From the NCBI GenBank assembly GCA_951406725.2, contig OX597825.1, positions 67,890,001 to 67,954,000 of the forward strand: DNA of 64,000 nt. The letters are read 5' to 3'. Under the pieces are notes generated by a model that was not told where the DNA came from, did not search any database, and worked only from the letters and a program-made list of their open reading frames with translations. The position numbers and the translations under genes are program-made. The stretch is from Octopus vulgaris (Eukaryota). Below, piece by piece: positions 13,640-25,165 of this stretch. The first letter of the stretch is position 1. Every line of letters starts with the position of its first letter.

Positions 13640-14054
13640 GAAGACGCTCGACCTTTATTCTCTAGAAAAACGATGACGCCGAGGTGATCTCATTCTTGCT
13701 CACAACATCATAAGCGGAAAGTGTAACCTCTCGAAAGAGCTGTTCTTCACTCCTGCTCCAGAGCGTCGGCTGCGGGGTAACTCCGAAAAGCTCTATCTGC
13801 GACGATTTCATCTCAATCGAAGGAGAGGGGCTTTCTCTGTCCGGGTTGCGGATCCGTGGAATAAGCTGCCGGACGAGATGGTGAAGATGCCGACGACCGC
13901 TCGGTTCAAAGTCTCCCTTGGTAAGTTCACTTGTAGTGGGTATTAGGCCTGAATTCTTTGCATGAATACCCTCCCTGTACATAACTCCATGTCCCCCTAC
14001 ATGGCCTTGCTTTTTGCTTTTTGAGCCCAAAACTTAACTTAGCTTAACTTAAAC
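13640..14054 (+). mobile_element. CR1 LINE 3' end
   Basis: LDLYSLEKR*RRGDLI...RLRGNSEKL...AFSVRVADPWNKLP...FKVSL, then an (AACTT)n-like tail. Confidence 0.85.
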
Positions 14055-14861
14055 TATATAGCCATGTGTCGAGACGGATTCTTTGGGATTTGAATAATCC
14101 ACCCTTGGAAGCATGGGTTTTTAGTTCGCCATCCTTAAACACTAATTGAGGCGTTGGGCTCTCTCGGTTATTAAACATGGCGTTGGTGTATTTCATCTAA
14201 CATTATCAAAACACTTAAACATTATTTGACGTGAAAATTACAGCGGAATCGTCTCAGTGATTGCAGTTAGAGCGACAAAAATATTGGCACCGAAAAATAA
14301 ATGTTTATGCGTAGTTAATAATTTTTACGTAATTTTGAATGCTTAATGATTCTTTTACGCTGCTATCGTTTTCCTTTTTTTCATTTTTTTTTCTTTTTAA
14401 ATAATAAAAAAATTGCCCCTGTAAGCTGTGTATTTTGTCGATCCTTTGGGGGGCACCGACATATTAGGAGTGACCCTAGAATCAGAATTTATAACAGGCT
14501 AGACTCTACTATTACATCCTACTGTGACATCCAGCATTTTTTTCTCCAATTCGTTCATACCGATAGAAATATCTTGCTTGTGATACCGACCACCTGTTGA
14601 GGTGTTGCGCATTCTAAGTTATCAAACATGGCTTTGTGTATCTCACTTAACACTAACAAAATTATCCACAACGTGGAGGTGCTAAAAACTCGGCAGTTTT
14701 TAAGTAAATTTCATTAAAATTTCACTAAATGTGTTTTATAACTGCATCGTGCAATTTTGCCTCCTTGCTTAATCTATTTATCCATACATCGATCAATTTA
14801 ATTTAAATTAATTTCATTTACTTTTTCACCGTCATGTACACATTCCTTACCTACCGATCCG

Positions 14862-14898
<37 letters not shown>

Positions 14899-14942
14899 TT
14901 CTCTCTCTCCCTCATACATACATAAACGTATATTTCCATCTC

Positions 14943-15018
<76 letters not shown>

Positions 15019-15236
15019 GCTTTCTCGAGATAAATATATATATTCATGTTTTTTATAATAAATTACTGGTATCTTTATATATTAATATATTTTATATCTT
15101 ATTTCTTATATGCATAGAATAATATGCTATATGTATGTATGTTATTATAATTATCCGTTTAAAAAATAAATAAGTTAACATTTTAATGTCCAAAAGTTGA
15201 TGAACCACCTATTGTTCGCCTCCATATTCTTATTTG

Positions 15237-15270
<34 letters not shown>

Positions 15271-15468
15271 CCATCAAGCTATCAACCTATTCGCCTTTCT
15301 CTTTATCTATCTATCTATCCCGTGCATCCGTGCATCTCTCTATACACCTATCTATCTATTTGTCTTTCTATCCTTCTATTTTAATTTCTCGTGTCTATCT
15401 GTCTTCCTATCTCTCTTCCTATCTATTTATCTATCTATTTAGCTATCTATCTGTGCATTCCTCTCTCC

Positions 15469-15534
<66 letters not shown>

Positions 15535-15796
15535 AACTTAGCGGTTCGGCAAAAGAGACTGATAGAATAAGTACCAGGCTTTAAAAATTAGTACTGAGGT
15601 CGATTCACTGGACTAAAAGCTCTTCAAGGCGGTGCACAAGCATAGCTGCAGTCTTTTAGAACAACGACTTCATGGCTTGAAGACACCAAAACAAAAATGG
15701 CTAAGAAAGCCCGAATTTATAAGGGAAGTAACTCTCTAAAAATGCTTATATAGTTATTTCCCTTACAAACCCGAGCAACGCCGGGCGATACTGCTA

Positions 15797-15844
<48 letters not shown>

Positions 15845-15862
15845 ATATATATATATATACTC

Positions 15863-16168
<306 letters not shown>

Positions 16169-16683
16169 TACGTATATAAAGGCGTTTATGTATACGTATA
16201 TAAAAGGCGGTGCTCCAGCATGGCCGCAGTCAAATGACTGAAACAAGTAAAAGAGTAAAAGAGTATAGTGAGGGAATGACAGATCGATAGACAGATCGAT
16301 GCGTATGCGTGTGTCTATACATGAACACATACACAGAGAGAAAAACTTATGTATATGTGCGTGTTTGTGTCTGTGTCTATCTGTCTATGTGTGTGTATGT
16401 CTATCTGTCTATGTGTGTGTGCGTGTGTCTGCGTGTGTGTGTGTGTATGTGTTTGTGTGTGTATGTGTTTGTGTGTGTATGTCTAAGTGTCTATCTCTAT
16501 GTCTGCGTGTCGATGTGAAAAAAAACATGGAACCACAGCAAAGATGGCCACAAGACACAACATCCCAGTTGCACTAAATTTCGCTTAATAAAATATCAAC
16601 AAAAAAAACGGTAAAATCAAAAAGAATTTTGAATTGTTAAATCACACAGGAGGAACTCAAATGCAATGATTTCGGAAACTTAC

Positions 16684-16825
16684 CTAAATCTAGTCTCATT
16701 AATCATGCCAATATGGATTGTGCTTCAGTAAATAGAAAGGTCTTAAGATTGTGCAAACGCTAACATAACACAATATTTATGCATTTGAATCAGTTGATGA
16801 ACAACACGGCGTCCGCCATTGCGCG
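16684..16825 (-). other. Possible 5' non-coding exon upstream of the GPCR exon (paralogous copy at 20509-20635)
   Basis: Ends in GATTTAG|GTAAGT; CpG-richer upstream region with a TGACGTA (CRE-like) site at ~16880. Confidence 0.35.
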
Positions 16826-16999
16826 TGAGTAAAACGTAGCGACGGACAAACAAAAATTAAACTCAGGTTCTTCGTAAAGTACGTCATTGTTTTATTGTAT
16901 TTTCGCAAGGCAGGATCTAAATATTAATAATTAAATTTGTGCTATTTAATTATATTTAATGTAAATGAATGAATGGATTAATTAATTCGTTAATCTCTC

Positions 17000-17399
17000 T
17001 CTATATATATAAAGCTGAAGTTGTCTGTGTATGGCAGGTTTGGTAGCCTTCAACTAACACTATCTCCTCTGAGACCCTGCGGCGCAAGTTGACCAAAATT
17101 GAGAGTACGATAGAAGAAGTCTTGCTCTTCCTTCTGTAGAAGAAAAAATTCAAATTGGACCATGTTAACACCAAAAATTATTTACATCAAAAAGGTGCTT
17201 TTTTTCTATGAAAAAATCCCTATTTTTTACGATTTTTTTTACTGCTGTGTCACCAGTTTTCGGTGTATTTCAACCAGAAAAATGTTCACTTAAAGAGAAT
17301 AACAAGCTACATAAGGCAAAATTTTTACTTTTCAAAACTTCCAATTCTAAAGGGTCGAAAAGAAAACAAACCCGAGCAGCGCCGGGAGATACTGCTAGT
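17000..17399 (+). mobile_element. Non-autonomous Helitron-like element (similar 3' ends at ~15768-15798 and ~39510-39540)
   Basis: TC-start TCTATATATATAAAGCTGAAG; 3' hairpin CCCGAGCAGCGCCGGG followed by CTAG. Confidence 0.6.
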
Positions 17400-17999
17400 G
17401 TGTCTATAAATAACGGTTTCGGCAAAAGAGACCGATAGAACAAGTATCAGGTTTAAAGGAGAAACAAATAAGTACTGGAGCAGATTGAAAATCTGTTAAA
17501 AATTCTTCAAGACAGTGCTGCAGCATGACCGCAGTCTTATGACGGAAACAAGTAGGAGATAAAAGATACTCAAGATCTGTGAGTCGAGAACCCTAAGGTT
17601 CGATCCCTATTCTCCGCCACACACAGCGGTCTTCCCCTGCATTAGTACACTCCGCTAGAATTCTCCTCGTCCAGGCGCTGATAATGAACCATATTTTCTA
17701 GCATATAAGTCCACGTAGCTTATCGTGTAAATGTGTAGAGTAAACATTCAAACATCCTCATAATTTTTCCAAATCCTGTAGCATTTCACACGGAATTTTT
17801 AGCCCTCCGGAGTCGTCCTGGTGTATAAGTCGATCTGTCTTGTTTTGGTTGTAAATTTTAGTCAGAATAATTCGACTTGTATGTGGAAAATAATTTCGTT
17901 TTCATCATCTCATCATTGTCCCCATATATCAGTTCGGTTCCACACAGTATCGGGGAAGAGGGACGCGATAACGTAGGGTGACATGTTCAAGTACATGGC

Positions 18000-18446
18000 C
18001 TCGCTAGTTCTTTAACAATTACAATGAGATTTTTGCCGCCAGGGTTTGTAGGACATCCTCGTCGAGCTCTGCAGAACTTCCAAGACGAGGCTCGTCTTTT
18101 AGGCTGTAGTTTCCAGCTCGGAACTTCTGGAACTACCGTTGACACTGGCTTACGCTTATTGTCCGAACCCCATATACTGCATTAATATTCATCGCACTTT
18201 CCATTGCGTTGTTGCCCTTATAAAGCAAAATATGCCGAATATGCTCTTTTGTAACTTCCATTATAGCATTGGAAGAATAACTGTTAAAATCGAACTGCAC
18301 TCTTCAAAACTTGCACTAAGAATAAGCACAAGGTAAAATTACTACCTGCTTTTATAGCAAGTCGATGCATGTAGTTTATCCCGTCCCCCTCCGACTTTTA
18401 GTTCATGCAATTGAAAAAACCGCATTATTTATGCGATGACCCAATA
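18000..18446 (-). mobile_element. mariner (Mos1/SETMAR-like) transposon 5' fragment
   Basis: MEVTKEHIRHILLY..KGNNAMESAMNINAVYG...QR*FQKFRAGNYSLKDEPRLG; TIR-like TATTGGGTCATCGCATAAATAATGCG. Confidence 0.8.
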
Positions 18447-18475
18447 TATTGTATGTATATATATTATATATAATA

Positions 18476-18530
<55 letters not shown>

Positions 18531-18924
18531 TCATATATGATATATATCATATATCTATGTGTATGTGCGTATGTATGTTATGTATGTATGTATGTATGTA
18601 TGTATCATATTATACACGAATAGGAGTATAAAAAAATAAGAGAAAAGAAAAGTATTTCTTTTTAAAATATATCCACTTCATCATACATGGCTATTATCAA
18701 AAGCGACTTGCAAATAATTACGCACGCCAGGGGAATTTTTAAGGGCGTTTGAGAAACGGAAAAGGTAATTTAAATGTCACAATAAACAGGTTTGATAAAG
18801 TACCGATCTCTCAATTAACAAATTTGTTCTTGCTCAACAAAATATCAAACTATTTTTAATGAAATTAGTTGTACAGCTGACAGCACCAGGAAACGAATAA
18901 TAATTATAACATTGATCAAACACC

Positions 18925-19335
18925 GATCGAAGATTTTTAAGAAACCTTATAGTATCCTATATAATATCGACATATTATCGAACCATTCATTAAATTATAT
19001 CAAATATCTACCCTTAAACATCCGCAAGAGGATAAGTGTATTAGTTTTCCTCCAATTATGTCACATTTAATTGGGCCGGAGAGAACTACTTAGCAGTATT
19101 GGTATGTAGTTGATATCTTAAATTAAGTACTCGCCAAGATCAACTAGTAGCCATCCTAAAAGTACTAGGAGGATAAAATAGATATAATCCATCATACAGC
19201 ATTCATGTAAAACAGTCATGCTAAGATTTTCACCACCCGATCAGAAAATATTTTCTGAGCTGTCACAGATACCACTATTCAGCTGTTTGACAGGAAAAAC
19301 GTAAAGGTGAGCTACAGTAGCATCAATAACATGAC
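18925..19335 (+). mobile_element. Degenerate Penelope-like element RT-thumb/linker fragment
   Basis: Across frameshifts: FKKP...ILSNHSLNYIKYLPLNIRKRIS and RKYF...HRYH...LFDRKNVKVSYSSINNM. Confidence 0.65.
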
Positions 19336-19839
19336 AAGTCAACGTAGGAGCCTAAAAGTAGTCGCTGGCCTGCTAGATATGGCAGTCAAATTTTCCGTAA
19401 AATTATGCCGTCTCGTTTTAAAATGGAAGGTCACATTTGACAATGTAATCCACGATAAACAATAAAAGAATGGACGTCCACAGCTAAAACTTCTTTGGTC
19501 AGAGTTTTAAACCGGGGTAAACTCTTCACTTTTCATCCTACTTATGTCTGTACTCTAAAGTACTTTACACAATCTATAGTCTTTAGAAATACATTTGGTA
19601 GTCTCACAACACATTTATTCCTTTCTTAATAACACTGGGGAACAATTTTGAATTTATTTTCTGTTAAGTTCGATTTTTTTCCTGATTTAGACTAAAATTA
19701 GCATGCTGACTTCAAAACTGCGGTCAGATTTTCTCTATTACGTCAGGTTTTTTCTCTCTACTACCTACACTCTGAATATGCACAATTGTATTGTTTGTCC
19801 GTAAGAATCGCTATTAGCAAACATATCGACACCTACGGA

Positions 19840-20338
<499 letters not shown>

Positions 20339-20773
20339 GAAGTGGAGAGAGTGACAGACGCAGAAAACAAAAGAAATAATTAGACATCAGAAAAAGACAA
20401 CATCTAAGACAAACCTAAATATCTTACGAAAAAAATTCTTAAATAAATTAAAAACAATCCAATCATTTTGACATTGAAGAATTACAACATACAATTTCGA
20501 AAACTCACCTAAATCTCGACTCATTAATCATAGTTAAAATGGAATGTATTGTACTTGGTAAAACGATCTTTGAAAATTCCGAACGCTGATACATAAAGAC
20601 ATCTAATGATTTGAATCTGTGGAACGAGAACAATAATTCTTTAAATCATGCGGTTTTATCGCATCGGAAACAGAAATAAAGAAAAACTATAGATTCCCAA
20701 CTGCATGGTTCCGTGTTCAGCACCACTGCGTGACACCTTGAGCAAGTGTCTTCTACCATAGCCTCGGTTGACT

Positions 20774-21583
20774 AAAGCTTTGTGCGTGGGTTTGGTAGAC
20801 AGAAACTGAAAGGAGCCTGTCGTGTACCATAAATCCTCGAGTATAGTCCGCCCTTGAGTATAATACGCAGGGATTTTTAGGGGGCTGTACATCTGAAAAA
20901 CCTAAACCTTGTGTATAATACGCACCCTTCTCTAACTTGAGTCAAGGAGGTCTATATAACGTCCTTGGTTTGTAAAAGCTTTGTGCGTGGGTTTGGTAGA
21001 CGGAAACTGAAAGGAGCCTGTCGTGTACCATAAATCCTCGAGTATAGTCCGCCCTTGAGTATAATACGCAGGGATTTTTAGGGGCTGTACATCTGAAAAA
21101 CCTAAACCTTGTGTATAATACGCACCCCTTCTCTAACTTGAGTCAAGGAGGTCTATATAACGTCCTTGGTTTGTAAAAAGCTTTGTGCGTGGGTTTGGTA
21201 GACGGAAACTGAAAGGAGCCTGTCGTGTACCATAAATCCTCGAGTATAGTCCGCCCTTGAGTATAATACGCAGGGATTTTTAGGGGGCTGTACATCTGAA
21301 AAACCTAAACCTTGTGTATAATACGCACCCCTTCTCTAACTTGAGTCAAGGAGGTCTATATAACGTCCTTGGTTTGTAAAAAGCTTTGTGCGTGGGTTTG
21401 GTAGACGGAAACTGAAAGGAGCCTGTCGTGTACCATAAATCCTCGAGTATAGTCCGCCCTTGAGTATAATACGCAGGGATTTTTAGGGGGCTGTACATCT
21501 GAAAAACCTAAACCTTGTGTATAATACGCACCCCTTCTCTAACTTGAGCCAAGGAGGTCTATATAACGTCCTTGGTTTGTAAA
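20774..21583 (+). repeat. 4 x ~202-bp near-identical tandem repeat (SINE piece plus MITE left end)
   Basis: AAAGCTTTGTGCGTGGG at 20774, 20975, 21177, 21380. Confidence 0.95.
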
Positions 21584-21955
21584 AAAAAGTATACGGTAAC
21601 ATCCTTTATTATTATTGTATATATAACATAATGCTAACGTGTAGCATTTTTGTGCATTTTGTTTGCAGATAATAAAGAAATAACAGTAATAACAGTAATA
21701 ACGTTTAATAAATGTTGCTAACTGCAAGTTATGGATGATCATTTTATGACTTCATTGCTTTCAGGCTTAGCTTAAGGTATTTTCGATCCCCGACATCACA
21801 AAATGCGTCTGAATAAACATTGCCGGACAGCAAACAGAGACTCGGACATTGCTTAGAAGATATTTTTCGTTTTTAACCTCGTATATAGTACGCACTAGGG
21901 ATTTTGACCTTTAAATTTTGTGGAAAAAATGCGGATTATACTCGAGGATTTACGG
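21433..21955. mobile_element. pogo/Tc2-like MITE inserted at TA inside a SINE
   Basis: TIRs CCATAAATCCTCGAGTATAGTCCGC / GCGGATTATACTCGAGGATTTACGG flanked by TA; the SINE resumes after 21957. Confidence 0.8.
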
Positions 21956-21961
21956 TATATC

Positions 21962-22068
<107 letters not shown>

Positions 22069-22553
22069 CTGTGTGTGTGTGACTGTGTGTGTGTGTGTCT
22101 TTGTTTGTGTGTGTGTGTGTGCGTCCACCACTACTTGACAATCGCTGTTGGTGTGTTTACGTCTCCGTAAGCTAGCGGTTCGACAAAAGTGACCGATAGA
22201 ATAAGTACGGGCTTTTAAAAAATTAAGTGCTGGGGTCGATTCGTTTGACTAAATTTCTTCAAGGTGGTTTCCCCAGCTTGGCCGGCCGCAGTTTAATGGC
22301 TGAAACAAGTAAAAGATAAAAAAAGGATATAAGATTAAAAAACAGTAAATATAGGGGTCTGGCCAGCCGCTATCAGTTTGTGCCGATCGCAAAATAGGGA
22401 TAACGGCTGCAAATGTCACTGGCTATCCTCCGCTGCAACGCCATCGCGTTGTTCTGGGATATTTGCCCAACCCCCTGTTTTTTCTCTTTCTTTTTTCTTT
22501 TATTTTTTTTTTCACCCTTTCAAAGTGTTTATTGGTAGATATATATATATTCC

Positions 22554-23040
22554 GAAATATTAAATTTCTAAATACCTCATAGAGATATGTGCGGTGGTGG
22601 AGCGATAGAGTGGTTGTATACTGTCAACTTAACGTGACAGTCCCGTAAGGGAATTACACCACCGCTATTTAGCCCTAGGAAGCATCGACGCTTCCTGTCG
22701 GCCTGGACACAGGAAATGTGTCCTTATATATTTACGAAGGGGAGACAAACACCCCCAACAGCTAGGCCTTACATCTAGAGACATGCAGGTTTCTGGGTCT
22801 TGCCCATCATCATGACTAATGATGGACAAGACTGATGATGGGCAAGACCCAGAAACATGCATGTATCTAGATGCAGGCCTAGCTGTTGGGGGATGTTTGT
22901 CTCCCCCTTCGTAAATATATAAGGACACAGGAAATGTGTCAAGGCCGACAGGAAGCGTCGATGCTTCCTAGGGCTAAATAGCGGTGGTGTAATTCCCTTT
23001 ACGGGACTGTCACGTTAAGTTGACAGTATACAACCACTCA
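22554..23040. mobile_element. Fold-back hammerhead element: 432-bp palindrome (22608-23039) with 11-bp TSD ATATATATTCC
   Basis: ~205-bp arms with few mismatches; TSD at 22543-22553 and 23041-23051. Confidence 0.85.
22829..22868 (+). ncRNA. Type I hammerhead ribozyme motif, intact core
   Basis: aga CTGATGA tggg-caaga-ccca GAAAC atgcat GTA tct; palindromic stem III ACATGCATGT; predicted cut after 22865. Confidence 0.75.
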
Positions 23041-23753
23041 ATATATATTCCTTTTTTTTTTAAATCAATAAATACAGGGCCCTGACCGACTGCAATCAGT
23101 TTGTGCCAGTTTCCATCGAGACATCAAGTTTTCTCGGACCCCGTTCTACTGATTTCTTCCACAAAATAGGGATAACGCCAGCCTGTCGGATAAATAAGCC
23201 TCGCGAAGTGAAGTGACAGTTGCAGCGAGTGTCGTTGGCCTTCCTCCGCGGTAACACCATCGTGGTCATTACTGCGGGGCGCAGCTGAGAACACCATTTG
23301 TTCCAGGGTATGTGGCCCATCGCCTCCTCCCCTCCACCACCATCTTCTGCTGCTTTACCTCCCTCCCCCATTTTTCTTTTCTTTCTTTTCCTTTCTTATC
23401 TGTCTTTTCCCCTGTTTCTTTAGTTTTTATATGTTATAATTTAAATTAAAGTTAATCTCCTTATTTTTCTTTTAAATGCAAAATAGATGAAAAGTAATGT
23501 TTATCGCCACATCAACTGCATCGATAACCAGCTGGAGGAGGATCCTGCTGAGTTAAAAACGGTAGTAACGTCGATTCCGGTGGAACGGCCATATTGATGT
23601 GGGTGACAAATATTACTTCGCAGTATTGTTACTAATTTCATCTCTTACTGAAATTTTCTAACTAGCTACTTGGCAAGATCAGTGACTGGATGTCGCTTAG
23701 TTTTCTATATATTGTGACCTGGAGCGAATTCTTGCTATCTCTAGTGGTTGGGT

Positions 23754-24893
23754 CCAGGAACCGTTAAAGGGTGGACTGTGAATGCCTTGGCTGATGATGC
23801 GCAGACTTGCGTTGAGGCTGAGACATCTCTGGTGCCACTTGGAGGGTGATAAGGTGTGGGGTCCTCTGGCAAGGGAGTTCTTGCTGCGACCGGCCTCTTT
23901 GGAGAGATTTAAACTCGGTTTCATTAAAAGACGTAACCTGACTTTATGGCAGAAGGAGTGCCGTCAGGCACTCTGGCTGATCCACAAGACGGGCAAGGCC
24001 GGCAGTGGGAATACCACCTCAGTGTTCTATAGAGGGCTGGTAGAGGCAAAAAAGGATGATGTCCTAGGAGGGGCTCTGGGGTTCGATGAGAACCAACTTG
24101 CCAACCTGTTCAAAAAAACTTTCAGGCCGGGGTATTTGGATAACTTCCAAAAATCCCTGACCTGGCAGTGCTACAGGAACGCTTTACATGTTCGCGATAA
24201 GTTATCCAGGCACAGTTTGTCAGTGCCACCGACATGTCCAAGATGTGGGCTGGCTAATCAATGAAACTGTCCAGTACAATGTTGGGAGCTATCTAGCTTG
24301 ATAAGTTACGTAGAACACGTGTTGTCGCATCTGGGACGAGTACAGCTGTCGGGTGGATCTATGATAAAGATGATACCGCCAACTGGACTCTCAAAGGAAG
24401 GTAAGGCTTACTTTTACTGTACGGTTGCAGTACTGAAAGAGTGTGTCTGAGGGACTAGAATGGAAGGTTCTGTGGCAGGGTCCTTCATCTCTGGCCCCGG
24501 TTTGCTGTCTTACCTCAGATACCATCTGAAGAGCAAGATGGGGGTTGGAGAGGAAGACCCTGCCACCGAGTGAATATGAGAAACGATGGAAGGATGTGAT
24601 GAGAAAGGTGGGTGTCAGTAACCCAGCTTAATCATTGATGAAAGGAAAAGATAGTTGCTGGGCTTTATAGGCTACCGGGTTTGATCCGTTTGAACTTTTA
24701 TTCATTTTCTTTCTTTGTCTTCGTTTTAGAAAAAGTTCTAGTTAAAGGAAAAATTAATCATTACATAAAATATTTTTTAAGTAAATTTTTAACATAATGC
24801 TCATTCGAACTCATTTAACATTTTGTATTTGTATTTGTTTGTCTTGTAATGTCCTTTTCTATGTACGATCAGTTTGATCATAATAAAGATTTC
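23754..24893 (+). mobile_element. 5'-truncated Tx1/L1-clade LINE with 17-bp TSD
   Basis: zf-RVT-like LDNFQKSLTWQCYRNALHVRDKL...TCPRCG; AATAAA near 24882; TSD ATCTCTAGTGRTTGGGT at 23737-23753 and 24894-24910. Confidence 0.8.
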
Positions 24894-24914
24894 ATCTCTA
24901 GTGATTGGGTATCA

Positions 24915-25165
24915 CCACTGAAGGTTGACACAACTAGCCCGAAACCGTTCGGTCAGGGGATCATGTCGTCTGCTAGAAGATGGTAGGGTCTCCCCTGCTT
25001 GCAAATATATACCGGGTGCAGAATGCATCGATAACCAGCTGGTGGAGGTTCTGCTGGGGTTAAAGGATAGTAACATCGAACAGCCATATCGATGTGGCAA
25101 TACACATTACTTCTCAGTATAGTTACAACTTTCATCTCTTTTTGACATTTTCTGACTAGCTACTT
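24915..25165 (+). ncRNA. Degenerate hammerhead plus downstream structured domain (partial upstream copy at 23515-23672)
   Basis: CTGAAG...GAAAC cgttcg GTC, followed by a hairpin series homologous to those at 27816 and 31571. Confidence 0.55.
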
